From Polyangiaceae bacterium (lineage in GTDB: Bacteria; Myxococcota_A; Polyangia; Polyangiales; Polyangiaceae), in assembly GCA_965222375.1 (NCBI GenBank), contig CBDCTZ010000016.1, positions 1,664,001-1,728,000 of the forward strand: a DNA stretch of 64,000 nt. The letters are read 5' to 3'. Numbering within the stretch: position 1 is the stretch's first letter; each line of letters opens with the position of its first letter. The position numbers and the translations under genes are program-made. This document shows positions 19,452 to 28,333 of the stretch, piece by piece. Under the pieces are notes generated by a model. The model had not been told where the DNA came from. It saw nothing but the letters and a program-made list of their open reading frames with translations, and made no database searches.

Positions 19452-21020
19452 ATGGGATTCCCCCTCGAACTCGCGCTCCGCTACATGCGCTCGAAGAAGA
19501 GTGGATTCGTGTCCGTCGGCACCGTGTTCGCGATCATCGGGGTGGCGTTGGGGGTTGCCGCGCTCGCGACCGTCATCAGCGTCACGGGCGGGTTCCGAGC
19601 CGAGTTTCGCGAGAAGGTCCTCGGTGTCAACGCGCACGTTCTGGTCCTGAAGTACTCCAGTGACTTCCGTGAGTATCGCGAAGTCATGGAGAAGATGCGT
19701 GAAGTGCCCGGCGTCAAAGGCATCGCTCCATTCGTGATTGACCCGATGATGGTCACTCACGGAGGCAAGACAGCGACGGGCGTGTTGTTGAAAGGCGTGG
19801 ACCCCAAGCTCATGCCGCAGGTCTTGGACTTGCCCCGGCATATCGTCGAGGGCGATCTGGAGGGCTTGCGTCTCGCGAGCTCCAGGCCCCCCGAGCGTCG
19901 GCGTCGTTCGATCTTGGACGAATTGCCCGACGAGCCCCTGGCGCCCAAAACCCTCCCGCCTCCAGGTCTGCCTGGCAAGTCGCCGCTGATGCGCGAAATC
20001 GAGAAGGGGGCCGCGGATGCGGGTGCGCCGGATGCCAGCTCGCCCCCTGTCGATGAACCCGAGCCCGCCGCTACTGCGCCTGACGAGCTTCCCGAGGACG
20101 CCCCCGTCGGCAGCATCGTTCCTGATGGCGGCTACACCAGCGAGCTGCCCGAAGAGGACTTCCTCCCCGACGACGTGGACCCGGACCCCTGTGAGAGCCC
20201 GGAGGCCGTCAAGAAGCTGCCCGGTATCGTGGTTGGCAAGACCCTCAAAGAGAATCTCGAACTGAAGCTCGGCGATTGCGTGCAGGTCACCAGCCCCACA
20301 ATCGGCTTCGTCTATTCCAAGGGCGCCATTCGAGCCCCGGTTGCCAAACAGTTCCGAGTGATTGCCGTTTTCGACGCCGGCTTCGACCAATACGACTCGA
20401 AGCTGGTCTACACAGACCTATTCGAGGCCCAGGCGTTCGGAGATTCCGGCGATAGCGTCACGGGCATCGAGATGAAGGTGACCGATATCGACCAAGCTCG
20501 CGCGATCACCAAGGTCGTCGATGCCAAGTTGGGCGATGGCATCTATCACACGATGGATTGGGAGGAGCTCAACCACGGGCTTTTTACTGCACTGCGCATT
20601 CAGCAGATTCTGATGAGCCTGGTGCTCGCCCTGATCATCGTCGTCGCTGCCTTTACGGTCATCGCCACGCTGATCATGGTCGTGCTCGACAAGAAGAAGG
20701 AGATTGCCGTCCTCAAGGCCATGGGCGCGACGAACGGCGCGTTGCTGCGGTCGTTTCTCTATCAAGGCGCCATCATTGGCATCGTCGGCACAGCGGTCGG
20801 GCTGCTGTTGGGGATCTTCTTCTGCAAGGGGCTGTTGGTGTACAGCTTCCCCCTCGATCCCAAGGTGTACTTCATCAGCAAGCTTCCGGTACAGGTGAAC
20901 CCCATGGAGTTCGTGCTGGTCGGAGTCTTTGCAGTTCTCGTGTGCCTGATGGCGACGGTATGGCCGGCCCGCTACGCAGCTCGCCTTCGACCTGCCGAAG
21001 CATTTCGCGAGCAGCAGTAG
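19452..21020 (+). CDS. LolC/LolE-like (FtsX/MacB family) ABC permease
   Basis: LALRYMRSKK, IIGVALGVAAL...SVTGGF, KKKEIAVLKAMGA, VYFISKLPV, PARYAARLRPAEA; ATG at 19452. Confidence 0.9.
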   Translation: MGFPLELALRYMRSKKSGFVSVGTVFAIIGVALGVAALATVISVTGGFRAEFREKVLGVNAHVLVLKYSSDFREYREVMEKMREVPGVKGIAPFVIDPMMVTHGGKTATGVLLKGVDPKLMPQVLDLPRHIVEGDLEGLRLASSRPPERRRRSILDELPDEPLAPKTLPPPGLPGKSPLMREIEKGAADAGAPDASSPPVDEPEPAATAPDELPEDAPVGSIVPDGGYTSELPEEDFLPDDVDPDPCESPEAVKKLPGIVVGKTLKENLELKLGDCVQVTSPTIGFVYSKGAIRAPVAKQFRVIAVFDAGFDQYDSKLVYTDLFEAQAFGDSGDSVTGIEMKVTDIDQARAITKVVDAKLGDGIYHTMDWEELNHGLFTALRIQQILMSLVLALIIVVAAFTVIATLIMVVLDKKKEIAVLKAMGATNGALLRSFLYQGAIIGIVGTAVGLLLGIFFCKGLLVYSFPLDPKVYFISKLPVQVNPMEFVLVGVFAVLVCLMATVWPARYAARLRPAEAFREQQ

Positions 21021-21021
21021 C

Positions 21022-21729
21022 TCAGCGCAATGATGGGGGCTGCATTTGCGCGCGTCGCAGCAGACTCAAAACTCGCGCCGCCAGCTCCGGAGCTCGAAAC
21101 GGCTTGCTGACGTAGTCGTCGGCGCCGGCATTGAATGCGGTGAGCACATCCCGGGTCGAGGAATGAGCAGTCAAGAACAGAATCGGTAGTCGCTCCAAGC
21201 GTGGCTCTTTGCGGACTCGACGGCAGAAATCCACGCCGCTCATTCCCGGGAGGTTCCAATCCAGCACCACCACATCCGCGTGGTCCTCCCGGAGGGAGTC
21301 GAAGGCCTCCTCGGCGGATGAGACAGCTCGTGCAGCGAAGCCTGCGCTGGCCAATAGCGCTTTGACCACCTGCTGGAGATCCGGGTCGTCATCCACGACT
21401 AGCACGCTCGAGTCAGGGGGGATCTCGATGTCCACCGCCGGGGTTGCGGCACTGGGGGGCGGTGCCGAGGGCGGACCCTCGGAGTTCGCAAACTGCCAGA
21501 GCCTTGCCCAGTCTCGCTCAGAGAACGCCAGGCGCAGGCCGTAGCCCCGGTCTACGACGCAGGCGGCGACGGAGGTCGTTTCCTCTCCGATGCTGAAGGT
21601 GGCCATGACCCACTCGCCGTCTTTCAAGGGAGTGGCGTCGACTAGCTCGAGTTCTTGCTCGTCGCCGCCGGCCTCCAGCAACACGGAGAGGGCTTCGAGG
21701 CTTTCAAAGGCATAGATGATCCCGCGCAC
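21022..21729 (-). CDS. response regulator: uncharacterised N-terminal domain plus C-terminal REC
   Basis: VLVVDDD, VLDWNLP, FLTA, GADDYVSKPF; no DNA-binding domain after the REC domain. Confidence 0.85.
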   Translation of the reverse strand: MRGIIYAFESLEALSVLLEAGGDEQELELVDATPLKDGEWVMATFSIGEETTSVAACVVDRGYGLRLAFSERDWARLWQFANSEGPPSAPPPSAATPAVDIEIPPDSSVLVVDDDPDLQQVVKALLASAGFAARAVSSAEEAFDSLREDHADVVVLDWNLPGMSGVDFCRRVRKEPRLERLPILFLTAHSSTRDVLTAFNAGADDYVSKPFRAPELAARVLSLLRRAQMQPPSLR

Positions 21730-21776
21730 GGCGCCGGAAACTAGCCAACTTCGCAGCCATGTGCCACTCGCCGAAG

Positions 21777-22463
21777 CTACTTTGGCGTCCGGCGTGTGGC
21801 GAATGTCACCATCAGCAAGAACGAGGCCAACAGGAACAGACTCGAAGCGTACTGCGGCAACTCAAGGGGCGGCGCAGCGCCCAGCAGGTTTCGAATGTGG
21901 GAGCGTGGCCAAATTGCCGCGACCAGACCGGTTCCGGTGCCCAGAGCAAAATCCAAGCCCAAGAAGATGAACGCCCCGCCACCGAGGCGGCCCAGGGTTG
22001 CGCCGCACAGAAACAAGGCAGTGTAGACCGCACCCCCGAGTCCCCCGATCCACGCGCTGTTGAGCATGTCTGACACCAACAGCGGATCTGCGGGGAAGCG
22101 CACGCACATCACGCTGACGGCCGCCAGGAACGCACCCAGCAGGGTGTTGAGCAACGTCGTGGTGAACAGTAGTCCCAGAGCGACAGAACGCCGGCTCTGA
22201 CCGTGGCGTGCTGCCGGCCAGACGGCTTGGCTCAAGCGTTGGCCTCCACTGGCAACCCGGACGACCCCGTAGGCAATGAACGGCAGCGCTAGGCCCAGCG
22301 CGATGCCCGCGAGGGTGCGGTCCGCGGACAACACAGAGCCTGTCCTACGCTCGAGCAATGCCACCACCAGTACCGTAACGACGCCAAAGAAGGCCAACAC
22401 CGCCAACGTGCGGGAACGCAGTCGTGAGGCCGCCATGCGGGCTCCAATCGCCATTGCGTTCAC
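21777..22463 (-). CDS. ABC-2-type permease-like membrane protein
   Basis: About 6 hydrophobic segments; GTG 22463 overlaps the upstream TGA; GGAAGGAGG RBS. Confidence 0.7.
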   Translation of the reverse strand: MNAMAIGARMAASRLRSRTLAVLAFFGVVTVLVVALLERRTGSVLSADRTLAGIALGLALPFIAYGVVRVASGGQRLSQAVWPAARHGQSRRSVALGLLFTTTLLNTLLGAFLAAVSVMCVRFPADPLLVSDMLNSAWIGGLGGAVYTALFLCGATLGRLGGGAFIFLGLDFALGTGTGLVAAIWPRSHIRNLLGAAPPLELPQYASSLFLLASFLLMVTFATRRTPK

Positions 22464-23737
22464 GAGCCCTCCTTCCCGCGGGGCTCCGTCGGCAAGATGG
22501 GGCCGGGGGCTTGGTCCTGCTGCTCGCCTTCCGGTTTCGAGGGTAGGCCTTGACCAGGCGGTTGGCTTTGGGCCACGGCGGCAGCGGCAGCCGCGAGGGG
22601 GCCCAACGGTGCTTGCGACGTTGGCGGCACCGCGGGAGGTTGTGAAACGGGAGGGACCGCGGGAGCTGGCGGCCCCGACGGAGGCGGTACGGACCGCGCT
22701 GGAGCAGGTGGCGCTTGGCTCGGGTGTTGCGCCGGCGGAGCTTGGCTCGCGTGTTGCACGGCCGGCGCTTGGCTCGGGTGTTGCGCCGGCGGAGCTTGGC
22801 TCGGGTGTTGCGCCGGGGGCACGTTGGGTCGCGCTGCGTAGTAGGCGCGCTCGTAGGCGGCACGCCACAACGCGGCGGTGGCGCCTCGCGCCTCATCCAA
22901 AGAGGGTGCGGCGAGCTCCATCGCGAGTAGCCTCGAGTCCGTCGTGTCAGCGGCCCGGAGAATGGCCAGGGAGACGCTCTCGAGATCGTCACCGCTGATC
23001 CGCGCCTGCTCCGGAAGCTTCTCGCTATCCAGGGCAATGCCGCTCACGGCCGGGTCGTCTACTAGGGCGCGGCAGAGGGTCTCGACTGCCTTCGCCCGCA
23101 CCTGAAAGGTCGCTTGGCCACCCGGGACCAGGTTCCGCGCCAAGGGCAGCCCTGGGCGGCGTACGAATCTGCCGCGATCGAGCAATACGACATCGCCGCC
23201 GAGCAGTCGCGCGTCATCAATACTGGCGGTCGCGCAGATCACGCTCGCCCGCTCCGCGAGCTTCGTCAGTTCTGCCGCGTTTCTGCTCCGGTCCAGCGGG
23301 CTCATCAGGGCCAGAGGTTCGAACACGGCAAGGAGCCCAGGCTCGGGTATGGCAAGGGCCAACTCGAGCGCGAGGGCTCGGCGTGCCCTCGCCGATGCCT
23401 TGCGCGCTTGCCCCAGGCCGAGGCGTTCGGCAATTCCAGCCGCGGGCCCGCGGGCGCCCAGAGCATGGGCCAACATCGCGGTCGGTGGCAACGGCAACTC
23501 GGGTTCCTCCGCCAGGACCGCACCAATGCACGCGCGCAACCTCGGATCCGTATGCGGATCTGCGCCGTGCACTCGCACCTTCCCGCGCCGGGGCCGCTCG
23601 CTTCCGGCCAGGAGTTGTATCAGCGTGGCCGTGCCGTCAGCAGGGGTGCCCAGGACGACCGTCATGCCCGGCTCGAACTGAACGCTAGTCGCCGCCAGAG
23701 GCACTGCGTAGACGTCTTCCAAAATGGCTGCGCTCAA
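22460..23737 (-). CDS. degenerate ABC ATP-binding-like protein with Pro/Gln-rich tail
   Basis: ABC NBD spacing retained (LLAGSERPRRGKVRVHG, DVVLLDRGR, PSLDE), but Walker A reads GTPADGTAT and Walker B LLAVFEP; TTG 23737 overlaps the upstream TGA. Confidence 0.72.
   Translation of the reverse strand: MSAAILEDVYAVPLAATSVQFEPGMTVVLGTPADGTATLIQLLAGSERPRRGKVRVHGADPHTDPRLRACIGAVLAEEPELPLPPTAMLAHALGARGPAAGIAERLGLGQARKASARARRALALELALAIPEPGLLAVFEPLALMSPLDRSRNAAELTKLAERASVICATASIDDARLLGGDVVLLDRGRFVRRPGLPLARNLVPGGQATFQVRAKAVETLCRALVDDPAVSGIALDSEKLPEQARISGDDLESVSLAILRAADTTDSRLLAMELAAPSLDEARGATAALWRAAYERAYYAARPNVPPAQHPSQAPPAQHPSQAPAVQHASQAPPAQHPSQAPPAPARSVPPPSGPPAPAVPPVSQPPAVPPTSQAPLGPLAAAAAAVAQSQPPGQGLPSKPEGEQQDQAPGPILPTEPRGKEGS
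22713..22820. repeat. 4 x 27-bp tandem repeat encoding PAQHPSQAP
   Basis: GCTTGGCTCGGGTGTTGCGCCGGCGGA-like units at 22713, 22740, 22767 and 22794. Confidence 0.9.
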
Positions 23738-24423
23738 CTGACCCACCCGCCCGTTCGAAGAACCAAGTCTCGCGTCGCCGATAGAGCCTGAGGGACGCTC
23801 GGGAAATGACTCACGAGACTGCGGATCAGTTCCGGCACGAAGATCAACCCTGCCAACGCCAATCTCGTTTTCGCGGGTGCCAGATAACGGGCCGCCAACA
23901 CCACGGCGCTGACGCTTACTGCCAACAGCGCCAAGTACCCCAAGCTGCCAAGGAAGACGCTGGCGGCGGACAGCGCATCCTGCCACGAGCGAACGAAGGG
24001 CAGGGGCGCCAGATTGAGCAGCACAACCGGAAGCAGCAGCAAGCGCACGATGCGCCGACCGACCGCCCAAGACCGCGCCCACACGATTTCCCTTGGCGTC
24101 ACTCCACGTAGCGCCGCCAAACCCTCGATGGCTTCGTCGTCCGTGCTCGGCCTTCCCGTAGCCGCCAATGCGAGCCCGCCCGCACCGAGCCAACTCAGCC
24201 AGCCTAGTGCGCCTCGAATTACGACGGCCGACTCCTTGGGATCACCGCCCGCTGCGACGCCCGCTGCCATCAGTGAAAAGCCGACGGTCATGAGCCAGGT
24301 CGCCGCCGTAGCAGCCTGGCCACTCAACCGCTGCCGCAGGGCACGTCCCAACACCCGAGCCAGATCGGGGCGCCTCCGCTTTCGGGCGGGCTGATGGGTG
24401 GTCTGAGTCGGGGCGCTGGACAC
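23734..24423 (-). CDS. permease-like membrane protein
   Basis: Multiple TM segments; stop codon coupled to the downstream ATPase-like gene; start estimated. Confidence 0.65.
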   Translation of the reverse strand: MSSAPTQTTHQPARKRRRPDLARVLGRALRQRLSGQAATAATWLMTVGFSLMAAGVAAGGDPKESAVVIRGALGWLSWLGAGGLALAATGRPSTDDEAIEGLAALRGVTPREIVWARSWAVGRRIVRLLLLPVVLLNLAPLPFVRSWQDALSAASVFLGSLGYLALLAVSVSAVVLAARYLAPAKTRLALAGLIFVPELIRSLVSHFPSVPQALSATRDLVLRTGGWVS

Positions 24424-24469
24424 GGCCGCGGCAGTGTATCGGCATTTGCCGGATCGTGCCTGGAAGCGC

Positions 24470-25312
24470 TCAGTTGACTGCCTGCGCGCGCTTGAGCACG
24501 TAGCTGGCAACCTCATCTCGGGGAGCCATGTTCAGGGCACGCACGGCAGCTCGTTCCGCCGCAACGGGCCGCCCCCGAGCCAACTCTGCCGCGCCGAGCC
24601 AACCCAAGGCCGCCACCGCCACGTCGTTTCGTCCCCTTGTCAGGGGTTGTAGCAGCTCTACGGCGGCGTCGACCTTATTGCGCCGCAGATGCGCTCGTGC
24701 CTGCAAGATCGCGAGCTGCGCGTCATCGGCGAATTCGCGAAAGGCGTGCTCCACGATTTCGTCCGCTTCGGCAGTTCGACTCAGTTTGATCAAAGACTCC
24801 GCGAGTCCGGCGTAGGCCTCGGCGCGGTCTGGTGCCACTTCCACCGCACGCTTGAATTGCTCCTTGGCGTGCTCGTACTTGCCTGCAGTGTAGTAGAGCC
24901 TGGCTAGGTTGAGGCGAGAGGCGACATAGCCTGGATCGATGGATAGAGCCTCTAGGTAGTGACCCGACGCCTTGTCGGGTCGCCCCTCACGCTCCTCCAA
25001 CACCCCATAGCCGTGATGTGGCTGAGCGAAGTCCGGGTTCAGCCGCCGTGCACGACTCAACAGGCGGCGTGCCCGCAAGTAGTTCCCTCGCTGCACTTCG
25101 ACCAACGCGCGATTGACCAGGGCCTCGACGAATCGCGGGCTGTACTCCAAGGCCAAGTCGAAACGCGCTTCGGCCGTTTCCAGATCCCCAGTCGCAAGGG
25201 CGTCTGCACCTTGGGTATTCAGGTCGATAGCCTTGGCCGGAAGAGGCGCGGACCCCTTGCAGCCACTGAGGAGCGCGGCCACGACAACCACCCAGACGAG
25301 TATCGGCTTCAT
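24470..25312 (-). CDS. TPR-repeat lipoprotein
   Basis: MKPILVWVVVVAALLSG-C lipobox; successive TPRs (ALEYSPRF, RRLNPDF, ALSIDPGY, AVEVAPDR). Confidence 0.88.
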   Translation of the reverse strand: MKPILVWVVVVAALLSGCKGSAPLPAKAIDLNTQGADALATGDLETAEARFDLALEYSPRFVEALVNRALVEVQRGNYLRARRLLSRARRLNPDFAQPHHGYGVLEEREGRPDKASGHYLEALSIDPGYVASRLNLARLYYTAGKYEHAKEQFKRAVEVAPDRAEAYAGLAESLIKLSRTAEADEIVEHAFREFADDAQLAILQARAHLRRNKVDAAVELLQPLTRGRNDVAVAALGWLGAAELARGRPVAAERAAVRALNMAPRDEVASYVLKRAQAVN

Positions 25313-25453
25313 GGATCTACGACTCGGCCCGACGCCGCGCCGGTTGCGTGGCGCGAGAAGCTTTGCCGCTAAGTGTCTGGAATAATTGATCATATTTATG
25401 CGGATGCGGCTTCGGGTTGCAGGCAAGGTTGCTTCTGACGATGCTCCCCGCCC

Positions 25454-26356
25454 ATGTCCAAGGAGCCCGACGAAAAGGCCGACGACGAGCAGGAGGAGCT
25501 CGAAGACGACGAAAATTCGGCCGAGAGCGACGACTCGGATCTCGACGAGGACGCAGAAGACGCGTCTGACGAAGATGAGGACGAGGCGGAAGAAGAAGAT
25601 TCTGAAGACGCGTCGGGAGAAGAAGACGACGCTGAAGAAGAGGACGAAGAAGACGACGAGGAAGCCGCCGCCATGGCCGCGGCCGCTGCAGCGCGCAAGA
25701 AGAAGCGCAAGCGCGCCCGAGAGCAGCGCGCCTCGGCGAACAAGCCGCGCAAGCGTCTAGACAAACCAGTCCTGCCACCGGAACCGTCCATCAACGCACC
25801 GAGTCGTCAGACTCTTGGCATGATCGGTGTGATGGCACTGGCCACGCTCGTCATGTGGGGAACCGCAAAGACCGCTTGCAACGCACACCCCGCCCAGACC
25901 CGTAAACCGCGCGCTCTCACCGTGGCTGAGTTGTCCAAGGACCCCAAAGCGGCTGCGTTGGAGATGGCGCAACGCTGGGCGAGCTACGACTTCGACGGAG
26001 CCCTCGAACTAGCCACCGACAAGGTCGAGGCTGAGATCAAAACGGCGAAAGGCGCTTGCGAAAAGGACTCGGCCTGCAGCGCCGCTGCCAAGAAGGAATA
26101 CGACACGGCGCTTGCAAAGGCAGCTCTGTTGGGCCGCGAAGGCGCCAAAGCGACCGTCCGCGTGACCGGACTCGGCGGTGCCCTCGAAGGCCAGACCAAG
26201 CTCTACGAAGTCGAGCTTGCCGGCCCCACCTGGAAAGTTGCGCGAGTGACGGACAAGGTGCCTGCCCCGCCGCCCGCGCCGCGTCCCGTGCCCCCCACGA
26301 CCCCATCGGCCGTGCCCGCTCCATCCGGCGCCCCCGCACCGTCCGGCGCCCCCTGA
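25454..26356 (+). CDS. single-pass membrane protein with very acidic N-terminus and basic patch
   Basis: About 70-aa D/E tract, RKKKRKRAR, TM LGMIGVMALATLVMWG, Pro-rich tail. Confidence 0.75.
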   Translation: MSKEPDEKADDEQEELEDDENSAESDDSDLDEDAEDASDEDEDEAEEEDSEDASGEEDDAEEEDEEDDEEAAAMAAAAAARKKKRKRAREQRASANKPRKRLDKPVLPPEPSINAPSRQTLGMIGVMALATLVMWGTAKTACNAHPAQTRKPRALTVAELSKDPKAAALEMAQRWASYDFDGALELATDKVEAEIKTAKGACEKDSACSAAAKKEYDTALAKAALLGREGAKATVRVTGLGGALEGQTKLYEVELAGPTWKVARVTDKVPAPPPAPRPVPPTTPSAVPAPSGAPAPSGAP

Positions 26357-26576
26357 GCAGCCCCCTGGCGCCCAGAACGGTCTTTCCACCGCCTCTCTGC
26401 CGGGACCCGTACATTGGGCCGGAGCTTTAGCGCGCGCCCTGAGCGTTGGCGCGGCGTTGATCGAGTTCGGACGATTCTCATCGCGTCTGACCGTGGTTGC
26501 TTTTGGGGAATGTGCCACCAAGTCCGTCATCGACGGTTCTTCGCGGCTCGCGCGGGGCGCTATGCGTGTTCGCGCG

Positions 26577-26679
26577 GGCGGTGCGCGCGGGGCGGTGCGC
26601 GCGGGGTGGTGCGCGCGTTCGCCGAGGTGGTGCGCGCGTTCGCCGAGGTGGTGCGCGCGTTCGCTGGGGCGGTGCGCGC
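26577..26679. repeat. compound intergenic tandem repeat (14-bp units, then 21-bp units)
   Basis: GGCGGTGCGCGCGG x2 (26577-26604); GTGGTGCGCGCGTTCGCCGAG at 26606, 26627, 26648 (variant) and a partial fourth copy. Confidence 0.85.
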
Positions 26680-26772
26680 ATGCGAACGCGGGTGGAGCGC
26701 AGCTTCGCGTGGGGGCGCCGCGCGCAGGCGCCGTATGCAGTCTTGCGTTGCGGCGCCCAAGCGGCAGCACAG

Positions 26773-27435
26773 CTAGTTGCAGTCGCAGGACTTGTCGGCC
26801 GTCCCAGACACCGTGCAAAGTGTCGCGACCATCTTCGGGCCGTCGGGGCACATGGCACTCAGGTTGCCGCTACAGGTCAACGTGGTCTGATCGATGGCGT
26901 AGGTGCCCGTCGCTGCGGTGCAATCGCCGTAGTTGGACATGTTCAGCGTGAAGTTCGAGACTTGAGCGCCACCGGACGGCAGTTGGACCATCAACGTTCC
27001 AGTGTAGGACAGGCCGCTGGCCGAGTCCGTGCAAGCATTGGCGGTCTGCGTATTGGGGCTGCCGAGAGCCAGATCGAAGCTGCCGCCACCGTCGCAGGGG
27101 CACGCCGTGAAGTTGGGAGCCGTCCCCGTGCACGTGGCATTCGGGTTCACCGGGATTGCTAGAGCATCGAAGGACACCTGCAGCGCTTTCCTCAAGGCGC
27201 CGACCGGATCGCCCGTGCTGCCCGCGGTCCCGCCCGTCGCGCTGCCCGCACTGCCGCCGGTGGCCGAGCCCGCCGTGCCGCCCCCACCTGCCACTCCGCC
27301 CGAGCCACTCGCGCCGCCGGTCGCTCCCGCCGTGCCGCCGCCAGCCGGTGACGAACCGTCGTCATCACTGCCACAACCCAAGGGAGCTGTCGCAATCAGC
27401 AAGAGTCCCAACCCAAGTCCGTAGATTGTTCGCAT
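26773..27435 (-). CDS. Cys-rich lipoprotein with Gly/Ser/Thr linker
   Basis: MRTIYGLGLGLLLIATAPLG-C, GGSAGSATGG linker, Cys-rich C-terminal domain. Confidence 0.8.
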   Translation of the reverse strand: MRTIYGLGLGLLLIATAPLGCGSDDDGSSPAGGGTAGATGGASGSGGVAGGGGTAGSATGGSAGSATGGTAGSTGDPVGALRKALQVSFDALAIPVNPNATCTGTAPNFTACPCDGGGSFDLALGSPNTQTANACTDSASGLSYTGTLMVQLPSGGAQVSNFTLNMSNYGDCTAATGTYAIDQTTLTCSGNLSAMCPDGPKMVATLCTVSGTADKSCDCN

Positions 27436-27976
27436 CTTGTCCTCCGTTTCGTGTTGGCGTTTCTTCTGTGGCCATTTCCACATGAGCAAAACCTGTGTTC
27501 GCTACTGCGTGGAAGCTTGAGCGACGACTCAAGCATCTTTGAACGTTCCTTGAAGCTTCCCAATCAGGGAATGACAGACATCAATTGACGGCAGCGTGTA
27601 AGTGCTTACGGCGTGCGTGGCTCTTTGGCGTGCTCGATACGAGAAAGCTTTCTCGAACACCCGTGCACACGAGCCTCTGCGCGATGCGCGCAAAGCGTGC
27701 TCGAAGAGCTGAACACAGGCCTCCACGCGAGCCTGGACTCCGCGCGCCGGTGTGTGGCGCGAGCTGGCATGACAATCGGCGGGATGAGCGTGACCAGCGC
27801 TTCCCCGAGTCCTGCGGCCTAGCCCGCGCGCGCGCCCCGCTTGTGGCAACGCTGAACAAGCACAGCACCTCAGTTGTGCAGATTTCGCTCAACTGGAATC
27901 CAAGTTCGACGCACTTGTCGCAGCGTCGCTGGAACTCTTAGAGGCGGGGTTCGGTTCGACTGCTAGAGTCTTCATC

Positions 27977-28318
27977 TTGCGAGAGACTTGGGTCGCACTG
28001 GTGGTGTTGTTCTGCACGCTCATTCTCGGCTCGGCCTGCCTGGCGCCGAGCGCGGACGACTGGGAGTGCGGAACGTTCGATACCGTTTGCATGTGCCGGC
28101 ACGACTTGCCGTCCGAGTACTCACGCGCCGAGAGCTGCGAAATGATGCCCGGGGGATGCTGCCTGGCGAACGAGGAGCGATGTTTCTGCCAGCTTGTTAC
28201 GCCTTCCGCAAATCCTGAGGACCTGGGCAAGCCCCTCGACTGCAGTCGAGTTCGCCTGGCGGACTACATACCCGTGTCGAGTTGTGGGTCGCACGTCGCG
28301 GCGTTGCTCTCGAAATGA
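27977..28318 (+). CDS. small Cys-rich exported protein or lipoprotein
   Basis: Signal peptide ending LGSA-C; about 12 Cys in 113 aa. Confidence 0.6.
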   Translation: MRETWVALVVLFCTLILGSACLAPSADDWECGTFDTVCMCRHDLPSEYSRAESCEMMPGGCCLANEERCFCQLVTPSANPEDLGKPLDCSRVRLADYIPVSSCGSHVAALLSK

Positions 28319-28333
28319 CAGCGCGGTCCACAA

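Noticed and set aside
26577..26679. Possible CRISPR array
   Set aside because: Repeats are directly adjacent with no unique spacers, and no cas genes are present
27490..27976. Possible ncRNA or riboswitch in the ~490-bp intergenic region (palindrome CGAGAAAGCTTTCTCG at 27640-27655)
   Set aside because: No known riboswitch consensus recognised; isolated palindromes are insufficient evidence
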